DNA from: an uncultured Candidatus Saccharibacteria bacterium
Lineage (GTDB): Bacteria > Patescibacteriota > WWE3 > UBA101185 > UBA10185
Reading direction: 5' to 3'
DNA length: 64,000 nucleotides
NCBI GenBank assembly: GCA_964605725.1
Contig: CAZSDQ010000001.1
Span: forward strand, 12,090-76,089
Part shown: positions 15,251 to 23,954 of the stretch, one piece after another
Position numbering within the stretch: position 1 is the first letter of the stretch
Layout: each line of letters opens with the position of its first letter
Notes under the pieces: generated by a model
Told to the model about the DNA's origin: nothing
The model's database searches: none
The model's input: only the letters and a program-made list of their open reading frames with translations
Position numbers and translations under genes: made by a program

Positions 15251-16423
15251 ATGAAGAAATTTACAGTTATCTTAGTCTTGACATTAACAACAGCTATCGT
15301 GATAGCTTTGTTTTATAAAATTAACCAAGACCCCCCACTTGATACTAAATTTGTGCAAAATGTGAGAGATAACGAGCAAAATACAAATAACTTAACTCCA
15401 AAAACTGAAGGAGAGAGCAGTACCAGCGGTTCTGAGTTGATACCCGATTTGAAGGTAAAATCAAACTCAGTAAATTTAAAAGAGCCTGGAGAATACGCAC
15501 AACTAATCAACAACTATCATGTATACCAATCATTCAATAACTGTGGTCCGGCAACTCTGTCGATGGCGATGGCTTGGTATGGGGTAAAAGTCTCTCAAGA
15601 AGAACTAGCTAAAAATATGAGACCGTTTCAACATCCAAAGGGGGACAACGATGATAAAACCATATTTACCTATGAATTTGTAAATTGGGCTAATGAGTAT
15701 GGTCTTGAGGCTATTGGCAGAGTTAACGGCGACATAGAACTTCTTAAAAAATTTATTTCAAACGGTATTCCAGTTGTGGTAAAAACTTGGTTAAAACCAA
15801 ACGAGGATATTGGTCATTTTAGATTTGTGACTGGGTACGATGAAAATAAACAGATAATAGTTCAAGATGATTCCTACGAAGGTCCTAATAAAAAGATTGG
15901 TTATTATGACTTTTTAAGCATGTGGCAGGTCTTTAATTACAGTTATGTGGTTGTGTACACATCTGATTTAAAAGATAAAGTAGAGTCAATAATTGGTGAA
16001 GAGGTAGATGAGAAAATAGCTTGGGAAAATGCCTTAAAGAGAGCGGAGGAGGAAACTTTAAAAGATGAAAATAATCTATACCCGCATTTCAACATATCAA
16101 CAGCTTCATACCATTTAGGTGATTACGAAAGATCTGTAAAAGAGTATGAAAAAATAGAAAACAATTTACCTAGAAGAATGCTTTGGTACCAGATAGAGCC
16201 AATTAAAGCTTATCAAGAGTTAGGAGATTACGACAAAGTTTTTGAAATAATTGAAAAAATACTTGAAAATGGTAATAGATCATTTTCCGAGCTTTACGTT
16301 ATTAGAGGGGAGATTTATCTTGAGCAGGGTTTAAAAGTAAAAGCCAAAGAGCAGTTTGAACTTGCTTTGAAGTACAATGAAAATCAAAAAACCACTATTA
16401 CCGTATTTAGGCAATTGGAGTAA
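15251..16423 (+). CDS. Peptidase C39-like domain protein with C-terminal TPR repeats, membrane anchored
   Basis: N-terminal TM. Catalytic-Cys context QSFNNCGPATLSMAMAWYG and a downstream GHF His, typical of C39-like/BtrH-like papain-fold domains. TPR-like helices at the C-terminus. Confidence 0.6.
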   Translation: MKKFTVILVLTLTTAIVIALFYKINQDPPLDTKFVQNVRDNEQNTNNLTPKTEGESSTSGSELIPDLKVKSNSVNLKEPGEYAQLINNYHVYQSFNNCGPATLSMAMAWYGVKVSQEELAKNMRPFQHPKGDNDDKTIFTYEFVNWANEYGLEAIGRVNGDIELLKKFISNGIPVVVKTWLKPNEDIGHFRFVTGYDENKQIIVQDDSYEGPNKKIGYYDFLSMWQVFNYSYVVVYTSDLKDKVESIIGEEVDEKIAWENALKRAEEETLKDENNLYPHFNISTASYHLGDYERSVKEYEKIENNLPRRMLWYQIEPIKAYQELGDYDKVFEIIEKILENGNRSFSELYVIRGEIYLEQGLKVKAKEQFELALKYNENQKTTITVFRQLE

Positions 16424-16453
16424 TAATATATTTCATACTAGAGTGTAAAAAAC

Positions 16454-16730
16454 GGGGCTATTTGTAAAGAAAGATTGTGAAACAGGCATACTGTTTAAAC
16501 TCCAATCTTCTTTGCAGAATAGCCCCTACATATCATTACATCGCCGACCAGTTGAAATTTATGTCTATGACATAAAAAAACATTCAACTATAAACTAGCT
16601 TATTTTCTATACTTGTAAGCTAGTTTACCGATCGATCCACCCTACATGCTTCTCAGGAAGCCATCAAGTGGTTCATCTTAGAGGTAAGGGGTATAGACCC
16701 GACGTTTTTTTTACGTCCTTTCCCCACAAA
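16454..16730. ncRNA. Candidate structured RNA locus (unclassified)
   Basis: A 430-nt gap between convergent genes with locally higher GC. It contains a long imperfect hairpin (16454-16527), a perfect 11-bp hairpin (16592-16626), a GCTTC-TCAG-GAAGC hairpin and a GACGT-T7-ACGTC hairpin. On the minus strand the long hairpin is followed by TTTTTT. I could not match tmRNA, RNase P, SRP or 6S RNA signatures by eye. Confidence 0.25.
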
Positions 16731-16853
16731 GATGTTTCGATGTAATAACTTATAGTATACTACAGATATCTGATATGTCAAGTATCAATTTATAATTAGT
16801 AGATTTAATTTGTAACAGTAATGATTCGAAGAAATGTCTAATAGATATCTAAA

Positions 16854-17642
16854 TTAACCCTTCTTGGGAGGAAGTGGGAAGAAAATGCTAGTTTTTTTAG
16901 CATACTTTTTAAAATCAGGATCATCCCCGTACTTTTTTTCTAATAAAGGAACTCCAGAAACTTTAAGGATAAGATAAGTTATGGTTACAGGGCTAATTAT
17001 AGTTATTGGCCAGTAATTTGTCCCAACGGAAATTAAAAATATACCCCACCACATGGTAACCTCTCCAAAATAATTAGGATGCCTTGAATATTTCCACAAA
17101 CCTTCGTCCATTATTTTCTTCTCTTTACCTTTTTTCTTTTTAATAAAATTTTTAAGTTGGGCATCTGCAACTGATTCAAACACAAATCCTATTACCCAAA
17201 CTAATAAACCTAAATAGTAAAAAGGGTTATTGTTTCCTGGCCCAAAAATATTTATCACGGATATTACAAAACTTACAAGGTACATTAAAAATCCCTGCAA
17301 AAGAAATATCACCACGTATTCCTTCAGTAATTTGTTTTTCTTCCAGTTTTTTTTAATTTCAACATATCGCAAATCTTCTTTTGTTTTTCTAAACCTTAAA
17401 AAAAGATACGTGGATAATCTAATTCCCCAAATTAAAACAAGTAGGGTAGTGATAATTGATATAACGTTTGCATAACGGCTAATAAAAAGAGTAAGAAGTG
17501 CAACAAGAATGAATCCAAACCCCCAAGCTATGTCCACAAAATCGGTCCTTTTTAGGTATTTTGAAAAAAGAAAACAAAGGGACATGTAGACAACGATTGA
17601 TAAAGGTACGGTAACTATTAAGTTAAATATTTCGTAACTCAT
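16854..17642 (-). CDS. DUF1295 / steroid 5-alpha-reductase-like membrane protein
   Basis: Polytopic protein. C-terminal motif [14 protein letters not shown] is characteristic of the DUF1295/ICMT-like fold. Confidence 0.7.
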   Translation of the reverse strand: MSYEIFNLIVTVPLSIVVYMSLCFLFSKYLKRTDFVDIAWGFGFILVALLTLFISRYANVISIITTLLVLIWGIRLSTYLFLRFRKTKEDLRYVEIKKNWKKNKLLKEYVVIFLLQGFLMYLVSFVISVINIFGPGNNNPFYYLGLLVWVIGFVFESVADAQLKNFIKKKKGKEKKIMDEGLWKYSRHPNYFGEVTMWWGIFLISVGTNYWPITIISPVTITYLILKVSGVPLLEKKYGDDPDFKKYAKKTSIFFPLPPKKG

Positions 17643-18038
17643 TTATTTTTTTAATATTAAATAAGACAAAAAAGAGACGCTTCCTGTTAAAAAAGTGCCC
17701 CAAACTATGTCTACAATTGTAACGTGAAGAGGCCAGTTTTTTAAGGTTGCCAAATTCGTAAGATCATAAGTTGCGTAAGCAATAAAACCTAAAAAAGCTC
17801 CTAGTAGAATTGCTAAAGTTGGTGATTTTTCTTTTAAAGCTGGATTTATAGCAAAAACAATTATCCCAATAACATAAAAAATATAAAAAACTAGTGCTGC
17901 TAGTAGGTTTGCTTTATCAGCTAAAAGATGTCCGATTGTTTTTGAGTAGAAGTTTTTTGCTATTAATCCAAGCCAAATCCCGTCAATTCCTAGAAAGATC
18001 AGAAAAGTAACTATAAATTTAGTTAAATATGTTGTCAT
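17643..18038 (-). CDS. Small 4-TM membrane protein (DUF2177-like)
   Basis: 131 aa. Its stop abuts the downstream gene's start (17643/17642). The N-terminal GIDGIWLGLIAKNFY segment resembles DUF2177. Confidence 0.5.
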   Translation of the reverse strand: MTTYLTKFIVTFLIFLGIDGIWLGLIAKNFYSKTIGHLLADKANLLAALVFYIFYVIGIIVFAINPALKEKSPTLAILLGAFLGFIAYATYDLTNLATLKNWPLHVTIVDIVWGTFLTGSVSFLSYLILKK

Positions 18039-18057
18039 ATTTAAATATTAACATTTT

Positions 18058-18957
18058 CTAATAGTTATTTACGAATTCAGCAACATATTGATTTACCCTA
18101 TCAAAACTTTCATCAGTGATTTCTTTACTCATTAAACACAAAATCAAGTCCTTGTTCTCACTTCTAATAATCCCACAGTTATGATACATTGCAGTTGAAA
18201 AACCTACTTTGTGATAAAAGGCTAAATTTTCTTTTAAATATGGATTTAAAGCTTCGTCGTAGGAAGTAGGGTTTAGGTAACTTAATAACAAATTGACACT
18301 TTCATCGGAAATCCATTTTTTATAAAAAATACCTTCTATAAGATAGCCACACTTTTTTGGATTTGTTAGAAGCTCCTCATCAAAAAGATCGGCAGTTTCA
18401 TATCCAGAAATCTTCTTAAACTCGGTATTTAAATACTCTTCTCCTAGGTGTCTTTTCAAAATAATTGGTGCGGCGTTATCTGACTCTCTGAGCATCAATT
18501 CCACTACTTTTTTTAATTCATATTTCGAACCAAATCCAAAGGAGTGAATTGTTCCGTATTGATTGAAAAAGTCTCCGGGTTTATATATAAGGGTATCGTC
18601 CCATTTTAATTCACCTCTTTCAACGTCTCTAGTAACAATGTAAGCTATTGGTAATTTAAATAGAGATAGCGGATAAAATTCTTCATTCGCGTTCATTTCA
18701 AATACTGTCCCACCTATCATGTCTTTAATGTATATCCCGTAAACACCTTCCTCATATGATACTTTATTTTTTAGCTCTTCGAATCTTTCGTTATTAATTT
18801 GTGTTATATCTTTTTCTTGAGGAAGGTCAAAATCAAAATTTATATTATGCAAGAGATTTTTTATTTGAGAGTTATTACCTAGTTCATTTTTAAATACTAT
18901 TGTTATAAATAGAATTGAGGATATGAATACTATTATCTGCCATGTTTGTTTTTTCAC
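18058..18957 (-). CDS. Serine hydrolase, class A beta-lactamase-like fold
   Basis: SxxK (SLFK), SDN (RESDNAA) and a KTG-like triad (HKVGFS). N-terminal TM or signal sequence. Confidence 0.65.
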   Translation of the reverse strand: MKKQTWQIIVFISSILFITIVFKNELGNNSQIKNLLHNINFDFDLPQEKDITQINNERFEELKNKVSYEEGVYGIYIKDMIGGTVFEMNANEEFYPLSLFKLPIAYIVTRDVERGELKWDDTLIYKPGDFFNQYGTIHSFGFGSKYELKKVVELMLRESDNAAPIILKRHLGEEYLNTEFKKISGYETADLFDEELLTNPKKCGYLIEGIFYKKWISDESVNLLLSYLNPTSYDEALNPYLKENLAFYHKVGFSTAMYHNCGIIRSENKDLILCLMSKEITDESFDRVNQYVAEFVNNY

Positions 18958-19019
18958 ATATGTATTTTATATGATTTTTGTTACGTGTTAAAATACAAGC
19001 ATTCGGTTTTAGAAAATTT

Positions 19020-19053
19020 GGGTCTGTAGCTTAGTGGTAGAGCGCCCGGTTTT
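19020..19053 (+). other. tRNA 5' half fragment (acceptor 5' strand, D arm, anticodon stem 5' strand, up to about nt 34)
   Basis: GGGTCTG-TA-GCTT-AGTGGTA-GAGC-G-CCCGG-TTTT, then the tRNA structure stops. Confidence 0.6.
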
Positions 19054-19062
19054 AAAAAGTTT

Positions 19063-19139
19063 GGGCGATTAGCTCAGTTGGTTAGAGCATTCGGTTTACA
19101 TCCGAAAGGTCGTAGGTTCGATCCCTACATCGCCCACCA
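19063..19139 (+). tRNA. tRNA-Val (anticodon UAC), CCA encoded
   Basis: Acceptor GGGCGAT/ATCGCCC, anticodon stem TTCGG/CCGAA with loop TTTACAT, T arm GTAGG-TTCGATC-CCTAC. Confidence 0.9.
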
Positions 19140-19166
19140 AAATTTTGCTGTGAGTGAAACGAACAG

Positions 19167-19208
19167 ACATCCGGTAGGTCCTTGGTTCGAATCCATGCGG
19201 ACCCACCA
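19167..19208 (+). other. tRNA 3' half fragment 1 (from anticodon nt 35 to CCA), acceptor strand complementary to the 19020 fragment
   Basis: ACAT-CCGGT-AGGTC-CTTGG-TTCGAAT-CCATG-CGGACCC-A-CCA. CGGACCC pairs 7/7 (one G-U) with GGGTCTG at 19020-19026. Confidence 0.6.
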
Positions 19209-19235
19209 AATTTTCGTACGCGAACGAAGTGAGCG

Positions 19236-19278
19236 TACATCCGAAAGGTCACAGGTTCGAATCCTTTACCACCCACCA
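19236..19278 (+). other. tRNA 3' half fragment 2 (Val-like, from anticodon TAC to CCA)
   Basis: TACATCCGAAAGGTC is identical to the intact tRNA-Val over 15 nt. It then has a different T arm (ACAGG-TTCGAAT-CCTTT) and acceptor strand ACCACCC-A-CCA. I saw no matching 5' half in the window. Confidence 0.6.
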
Positions 19279-19301
19279 AACTTTAATTTAGATAAAAAAA
19301 T

Positions 19302-19338
19302 CCCCCGATCTTGTGATTAATCAGGGGTTTGTTGTTTT
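19302..19338. terminator. Bidirectional terminator candidate between the tRNA array and the convergent nuclease gene
   Basis: A7-CCCCCGAT...ATCAGGGG-TTTGTTGTTTT: a hairpin flanked by an A-run and a T-rich run. Confidence 0.45.
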
Positions 19339-19348
19339 GTACCAATCT

Positions 19349-20254
19349 TTAGGTAAAAGGCAGACTTAATTGTTTAACGATTTCAGGTCTACACTGAAAT
19401 ACATAATCACAATAAGCACAACTAGGAGTGAGATTCTTCCGAAACTTATGATCTGTTATACTTTTAGCCATTCTTTGAAAAACTAGATCTAACAAATCAC
19501 GATATTCTTTTAAGTCACCATTTATAAGCAATTTGTTATTAGATTCATATCTTAGCCAATAAATAAGATATCCGACCGGATACGTTCCAAATTGTTGTTT
19601 ATACAGCATTATGTTCATTGCTGCCTGTATTATCAACCCATCAGGTAATAATATTAAAGTAGGGTTTCTATCTTTAAAAACAGGGTCCAACATGCTCGTA
19701 CTGTATTTAACGATTAGATTAGGGGAATAATCCTTTGTCAAATCGCCATTTTCTATTATTTCCGGACGCGCTGCTTTTATCCATGAGATATCGCACGGTA
19801 CAATATGATCTAATCTCCCTGAAAGATAATTATAGGGTAACCCGGAACACTTTATTCGAACAGTGTATTCAATATTTTTAATTTTGAGGGGTTCAGGACT
19901 ATCCAAATTTTGAATCCAATAGTTTTTAATGCAGGCTGCTCCAATTTTACTTTGTTCTTTAGCGATACCTTTATCAACAAAAGAGAGTACTTCAGAGTTG
20001 TCTTTCATAGCAATATCCCACACTCTATACCAATCTCTCGTAGCTGATTTAATACTATAATAAAAGAACTTTCTGTAGCCTGTGTGTTTTCTGTATAAGT
20101 TTCTGATAAATTTACTTACTTCTGCTCCTCTTATACGGTAATAGTCAGTTTTTCTAGGTTGTCTCCCACTAAAGTTCAAGAATTCGAACAGTTTAGCACA
20201 TCTTGCGTAAGCCAATACTGAGGACACGCTCACTACTGATTTCGTCTTTCCCAT
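19349..20254 (-). CDS. PD-(D/E)XK-superfamily nuclease, Cas4/RecB-like with Fe-S cysteine pattern
   Basis: One N-terminal Cys (YARCAKLF) plus a C-terminal C-x2-C-x5-C (SCAYCDYVFQC), the 4-Cys arrangement of Cas4/AddB-type nucleases. No CRISPR array or other cas genes lie nearby. Confidence 0.55.
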   Translation of the reverse strand: MGKTKSVVSVSSVLAYARCAKLFEFLNFSGRQPRKTDYYRIRGAEVSKFIRNLYRKHTGYRKFFYYSIKSATRDWYRVWDIAMKDNSEVLSFVDKGIAKEQSKIGAACIKNYWIQNLDSPEPLKIKNIEYTVRIKCSGLPYNYLSGRLDHIVPCDISWIKAARPEIIENGDLTKDYSPNLIVKYSTSMLDPVFKDRNPTLILLPDGLIIQAAMNIMLYKQQFGTYPVGYLIYWLRYESNNKLLINGDLKEYRDLLDLVFQRMAKSITDHKFRKNLTPSCAYCDYVFQCRPEIVKQLSLPFT

Positions 20255-20365
20255 TTCTCACCTCTTATCTATTTTTTTAAAGTGCTTTACATGCTTTATA
20301 TACGTTTTATGTTGTAAAATCAAATGAAAATAGAGCGGGTTTGTATATTTTTATTATAAATGTGC

Positions 20366-20374
20366 TGGTATAAT
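20366..20374 (+). promoter_or_regulatory. Extended -10 box TGgTATAAT upstream of tRNA-Gln
   Basis: Lies 17 nt upstream of the tRNA 5' end. Confidence 0.45.
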
Positions 20375-20391
20375 AGTTGTTGGTATATCTT

Positions 20392-20465
20392 TGGGGGATC
20401 GTCTAATGGTAGGACGCCGGACTTTGAATCCGTTAATTGGGGTTCGACTCCCTGTCCCCCAGCCA
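20392..20465 (+). tRNA. tRNA-Gln (anticodon UUG), CCA encoded
   Basis: U1-A72 acceptor TGGGGGA/TCCCCCA, anticodon loop CTTTGAA, T loop TTCGACT. Confidence 0.88.
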
Positions 20466-20694
20466 GTAAGAGCAACACCACTAGGGACAAAGTTCTAACC
20501 CAGCCAAATCAAGCCCAAAACAGTGTTCGAACTCTAGATATCAAAAAGGGTAGGATTGAGGACAGATGTTGTGGAAAGAACACAATAGGTGTTGTCAGAT
20601 CAACATAAAAACCTTCTAAATTTTAGGTTCGAACTCGATGTGTAAGCTTTACTTGTAAGCACGTTTCTTGTAAGATTGTGGACAGTATATAAAT

Positions 20695-21669
20695 ATGCAT
20701 ATTTTTCAAAAAAGAATTAACTATCAAGGTTATTTGGAGCCACTCTTAAAAAAAGCGTGTATAGATTTTTCTATCGGAGAATATAAATCTTATAAGATTG
20801 TTCCTATTGGATATGAGGATTTCAATATATTTCTTTACACCAACAAGGGGATATTCTTTATTAAAATATTTGGTTCTTTTAGAGATGAAAAAGAATGCTC
20901 ACGTTATGTGGATATTATAAAGACAGCTCTTGATAGTAATATTTCTCATCCAAAATTATACCAATCTAATAAAGGATATTTGTACGAAACCGATACAGGG
21001 CAAAAGGATCGGTTGATTGTAATGGAATATGTTGATGGAAATATTTTTTACGAACTTAAAACAACACCAACAGTTGATGAAATTAAGTTCATTGTGAAAC
21101 AGGCAGCATTAATCAATCAAATCAATATAAAGCCTGAGTTTATTTATGACCATTGGGCAATAACTAGTCTGCCAACTGAGTACGAGGAAAAAAAGCAATA
21201 TCTTTCAGACTCAGATAAAGAATTAATACAACCCTTGGTAGACTGGTTTAACACTTTGAAATTAGAAAACATTCCACACTGTTTTGTTCATGGTGATATC
21301 ACAAAAACAAATGCTATGAGAGCTGTAGATGGAAAAATATATATACTGGATTTCGCCGTTTCTAACTGGTTTCCAAGAATACAAGAACTTTCGGTAATGC
21401 TATGTGATCTCTTTTTTGATCCAGATAAAAAAACTGATTTCGAAAGTACATACAATTTAGTTTTATCTGAATATCAAAAGTATATAAATTTAACAGAACA
21501 AGAAATAAAATTGTTACCCAACTATCTTAGGTTAGCTCATGTAATGCATGTGTTGTTAGCGAATTACGAAAAAGTTGTAAATGGTAATACCTCTGTTGAG
21601 AACGAGTACTTTCTTAACATGGGTAGACAAGGACTGCACTATATGAATGAACAGTTTGGCTCTCATTGA
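20695..21669 (+). CDS. Phosphotransferase-family kinase (APH / choline-kinase / homoserine kinase II-like)
   Basis: Catalytic loop FVHGDITKTNAM (HGDxxxxN) and metal-binding ILDFAVS (DF) motif. Confidence 0.7.
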   Translation: MHIFQKRINYQGYLEPLLKKACIDFSIGEYKSYKIVPIGYEDFNIFLYTNKGIFFIKIFGSFRDEKECSRYVDIIKTALDSNISHPKLYQSNKGYLYETDTGQKDRLIVMEYVDGNIFYELKTTPTVDEIKFIVKQAALINQINIKPEFIYDHWAITSLPTEYEEKKQYLSDSDKELIQPLVDWFNTLKLENIPHCFVHGDITKTNAMRAVDGKIYILDFAVSNWFPRIQELSVMLCDLFFDPDKKTDFESTYNLVLSEYQKYINLTEQEIKLLPNYLRLAHVMHVLLANYEKVVNGNTSVENEYFLNMGRQGLHYMNEQFGSH

Positions 21670-21791
21670 AATCTTTCATCTAGCGTCAGCAGGAAGGTCT
21701 AGGACGCTATTTTGCGTGATGGTGAATACACTTGAAACTCTACTTCGGTGTTAATGAAATAGTTTCGAACTTCGTCGCACGTTCGCAGCCA

Positions 21792-21800
21792 TGATACAAT
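21792..21800 (+). promoter_or_regulatory. Extended -10 box TGaTACAAT 6 nt upstream of ATG 21807
   Basis: CATGATACAATTCATCAATG with no SD. Confidence 0.4.
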
Positions 21801-21806
21801 TCATCA

Positions 21807-22340
21807 ATGAATAACGTAGAAATATCGCCTACGCCTAATTATGTTACCGAAGATTCAAGGTCAGTAGAAATACAAATGAAAAAAATTCTTGAAACGGCAG
21901 TTAGCTATGGGATTGATATAAGTTCAGAAATACTTAATAGAGAAACTTTATTAAACTCAGTTAGAAATCACGTGCCTGAAAGGTATCAATTAGTTTCCGA
22001 TAAACTGGCTACGGAAGGTTTGATTTTGGAACAACTAGATGATAAGACTATCTATGATCGGATGCTTGGAATAGATTATCTAATCAGGTTTAATGGACAT
22101 TTAATAGCTATCGACGTAACAAGTGGAAACGGCACTTTACTTTACAACAAAAAGAGAAAGTTTGAGGAGCTAAAACCAGTATTTGATGATTTGGGTATAT
22201 CCCACGCAGTCGTAATTTCTCTAAAAGGCGGGATAACGGATGATCAGGTTATTTCAATTTTTGAAAAGATAGATGACCTAAAAGATTATGAATTTACGAC
22301 AGTTCTGAAATATAGAAATGAGCTCAGAAATAATTTATAG
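21807..22340 (+). CDS. Hypothetical protein
   Basis: 177-aa ORF with a leaderless-type start. The GIDYLIRFNGHLIAIDVTSG segment is faintly reminiscent of restriction-endonuclease-like folds, but no firm assignment is possible. Confidence 0.5.
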   Translation: MNNVEISPTPNYVTEDSRSVEIQMKKILETAVSYGIDISSEILNRETLLNSVRNHVPERYQLVSDKLATEGLILEQLDDKTIYDRMLGIDYLIRFNGHLIAIDVTSGNGTLLYNKKRKFEELKPVFDDLGISHAVVISLKGGITDDQVISIFEKIDDLKDYEFTTVLKYRNELRNNL

Positions 22341-22402
22341 ATATTTCAAATAGCTTTCAAAATTCCTGAGTAGACCTTTAAATTTTTGGTACAATATGAA
22401 AC

Positions 22403-22648
22403 ATGAATAATAAAGTTATGGAAATAGTAGGCTGGTATGGAACCTTAGCAATTCTAGCAGCTTACGCGCTTTCAAATTTTAACATTATCTCAACCCAAAC
22501 ACTTCTTTATCAAAGTCTAAATGTTACTGGAGCTTTAGGAATTGTTCTTATTTCTATAAAAAGAAAAACCTATCAACCAGCAGTATTAAATATGATATGG
22601 GCTGCTATCGGTATGGTAATTCTACTTAAAATTCTTCTTAAATATTAG
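22403..22648 (+). CDS. Small 3-TM membrane protein
   Basis: 81 aa with three hydrophobic helices. TGgTACAAT lies 7 nt upstream of the ATG. Confidence 0.5.
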   Translation: MNNKVMEIVGWYGTLAILAAYALSNFNIISTQTLLYQSLNVTGALGIVLISIKRKTYQPAVLNMIWAAIGMVILLKILLKY

Positions 22649-22841
22649 TTCTATATCATGTGTAGGACTGCATATCGTCCTAAAATTCTTTTAAGATTTT
22701 TCCGAACACATGCTAAACACTCCGATGAACTAGATTTTTCAAGTCAGTGTATTTATCTTAGATATTTATTCAATTCATTTAACTCTGTTAAATTTCTATA
22801 ATGTGGTATTATCTCCATAAAAATAGTGAAAGGAGTAAAAA

Positions 22842-23528
22842 ATGTGGTTTGTGACGTTGATGAGAGTGGTAAAATTCTTACTTTCATTCAGGCTGAAAGT
22901 TAATGTAATTGGAAAAGAAAATATTCCTGAAGAAGGTCCTGTAATAGTGTGTTTTAACCATACCGATATCCTTGACCCGCTTTATATTATGTTTGCCCTA
23001 ATGAGGGACATGTGGGCATTAGTAGCATCTAGTTATAGCAAAAACATCATTATCAGGTTTTTCTCTATGACTGGAAAGGCTATATTAGTTGATAGAAATA
23101 CAACTGATATGAATGCTCTAAATAAATCTATTGAGGTTTTAAAAACCGGAAAATTTTTGGGGGTTTCTCCGGAAGGAACTAGAAGTAAAGACGGTTTATT
23201 GCACAAGGGAAAGTTCGGACTGGGTTATTTAGCTGGTATGACAGACTCAACAATACTTCCACTAGGATTAGTTGGTTCCTACGGAGCTTCAAAAAGAATG
23301 CTAACACAAAGCTTATTGAAAAAAGTGGAAGTAACTGTGAACATAGGTAAATCGTTTAAGCTTAAGGATATTGAACACTTAAAAAGAGACTATCCACAAG
23401 GAAATACCAGGGAAGACAGAGAAATCAAACGCATAATCCTAGTTAAGGGGGGAGAAGCAACTAATACTCAAATTATGCCAAAAATCGCGAAATTGTTACC
23501 ACAAGAAATGAGAGGGAAATTCGAATAA
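22842..23528 (+). CDS. plsC: 1-acyl-sn-glycerol-3-phosphate acyltransferase (PlsC family)
   Basis: HX4D motif (NHTDILD) and SPEGTRS motif. SD GAAAGGAG upstream. Confidence 0.8.
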   Translation: MWFVTLMRVVKFLLSFRLKVNVIGKENIPEEGPVIVCFNHTDILDPLYIMFALMRDMWALVASSYSKNIIIRFFSMTGKAILVDRNTTDMNALNKSIEVLKTGKFLGVSPEGTRSKDGLLHKGKFGLGYLAGMTDSTILPLGLVGSYGASKRMLTQSLLKKVEVTVNIGKSFKLKDIEHLKRDYPQGNTREDREIKRIILVKGGEATNTQIMPKIAKLLPQEMRGKFE

Positions 23529-23629
23529 TTTTATTAGTATTAAAAAAGGCTATTTTAACTTTATGTTTTAGTAGCCTTTATTAAATAAATATTACCTTTA
23601 CCCACATTTTTAAGGTGTAAAATATAATT

Positions 23630-23947
23630 ATGTTTAATAATAAATCCAAACCATTTATAGGATTCTTACAAGCTAGTGGTCTAGTAACTTACATCCTAAT
23701 TATTTCTGTTTTCTTAAACAATGTTGAAAATATTTTTCACAAAGATACTGGGGAATATATAGCACCTATTTTAATGTTGCTGCTTTTCATCATTTCTGCA
23801 GTAATCTCTTCTTCATTAGTACTTGGTAGAGCAGGGGTATTATTTTGGGAAAAGAAATATTCTGAAGCTTTTACTCTTCTTGCTTGGACAATGGGTTGGG
23901 GAGTGTTTTACTTTGTACTTCTTCTAGCGGTTCTTTATTTAGTTTAA
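23630..23947 (+). CDS. Small 3-TM membrane protein
   Basis: 105 aa, hydrophobic. TAAAAT lies 6 nt upstream of the ATG. Confidence 0.5.
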   Translation: MFNNKSKPFIGFLQASGLVTYILIISVFLNNVENIFHKDTGEYIAPILMLLLFIISAVISSSLVLGRAGVLFWEKKYSEAFTLLAWTMGWGVFYFVLLLAVLYLV

Positions 23948-23954
23948 GTATTTC

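Noticed and set aside
15251-16423. Link between the C39-like peptidase and the candidate RiPP peptide (GG at residues 28-29 as a double-glycine leader site)
   Set aside because: The gene is 4 kb away on the opposite strand with unrelated genes between. Cleavage after GG would leave only a 7-aa fragment, and the upstream residues do not fit the double-glycine leader consensus. I kept it only as a remote possibility.
19078-19320. ORFs 19078..19320(+) and 19082..19279(-)
   Set aside because: Both are open frames across the tRNA-Val gene and the tRNA 3'-half fragments, so they are artefacts of tRNA-derived sequence.
20360-20694. ORF 20360..20608(+) and the T-loop-like GTTCGAAC fragments at about 20528 and 20627 downstream of tRNA-Gln
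   Set aside because: The ORF overlaps tRNA-Gln. The fragments match tRNA T loops over only 10-11 nt, have no flanking acceptor/CCA sequence and are not identical to the tRNA-Gln 3' end. That is within chance expectation for a 64-kb AT-rich window.
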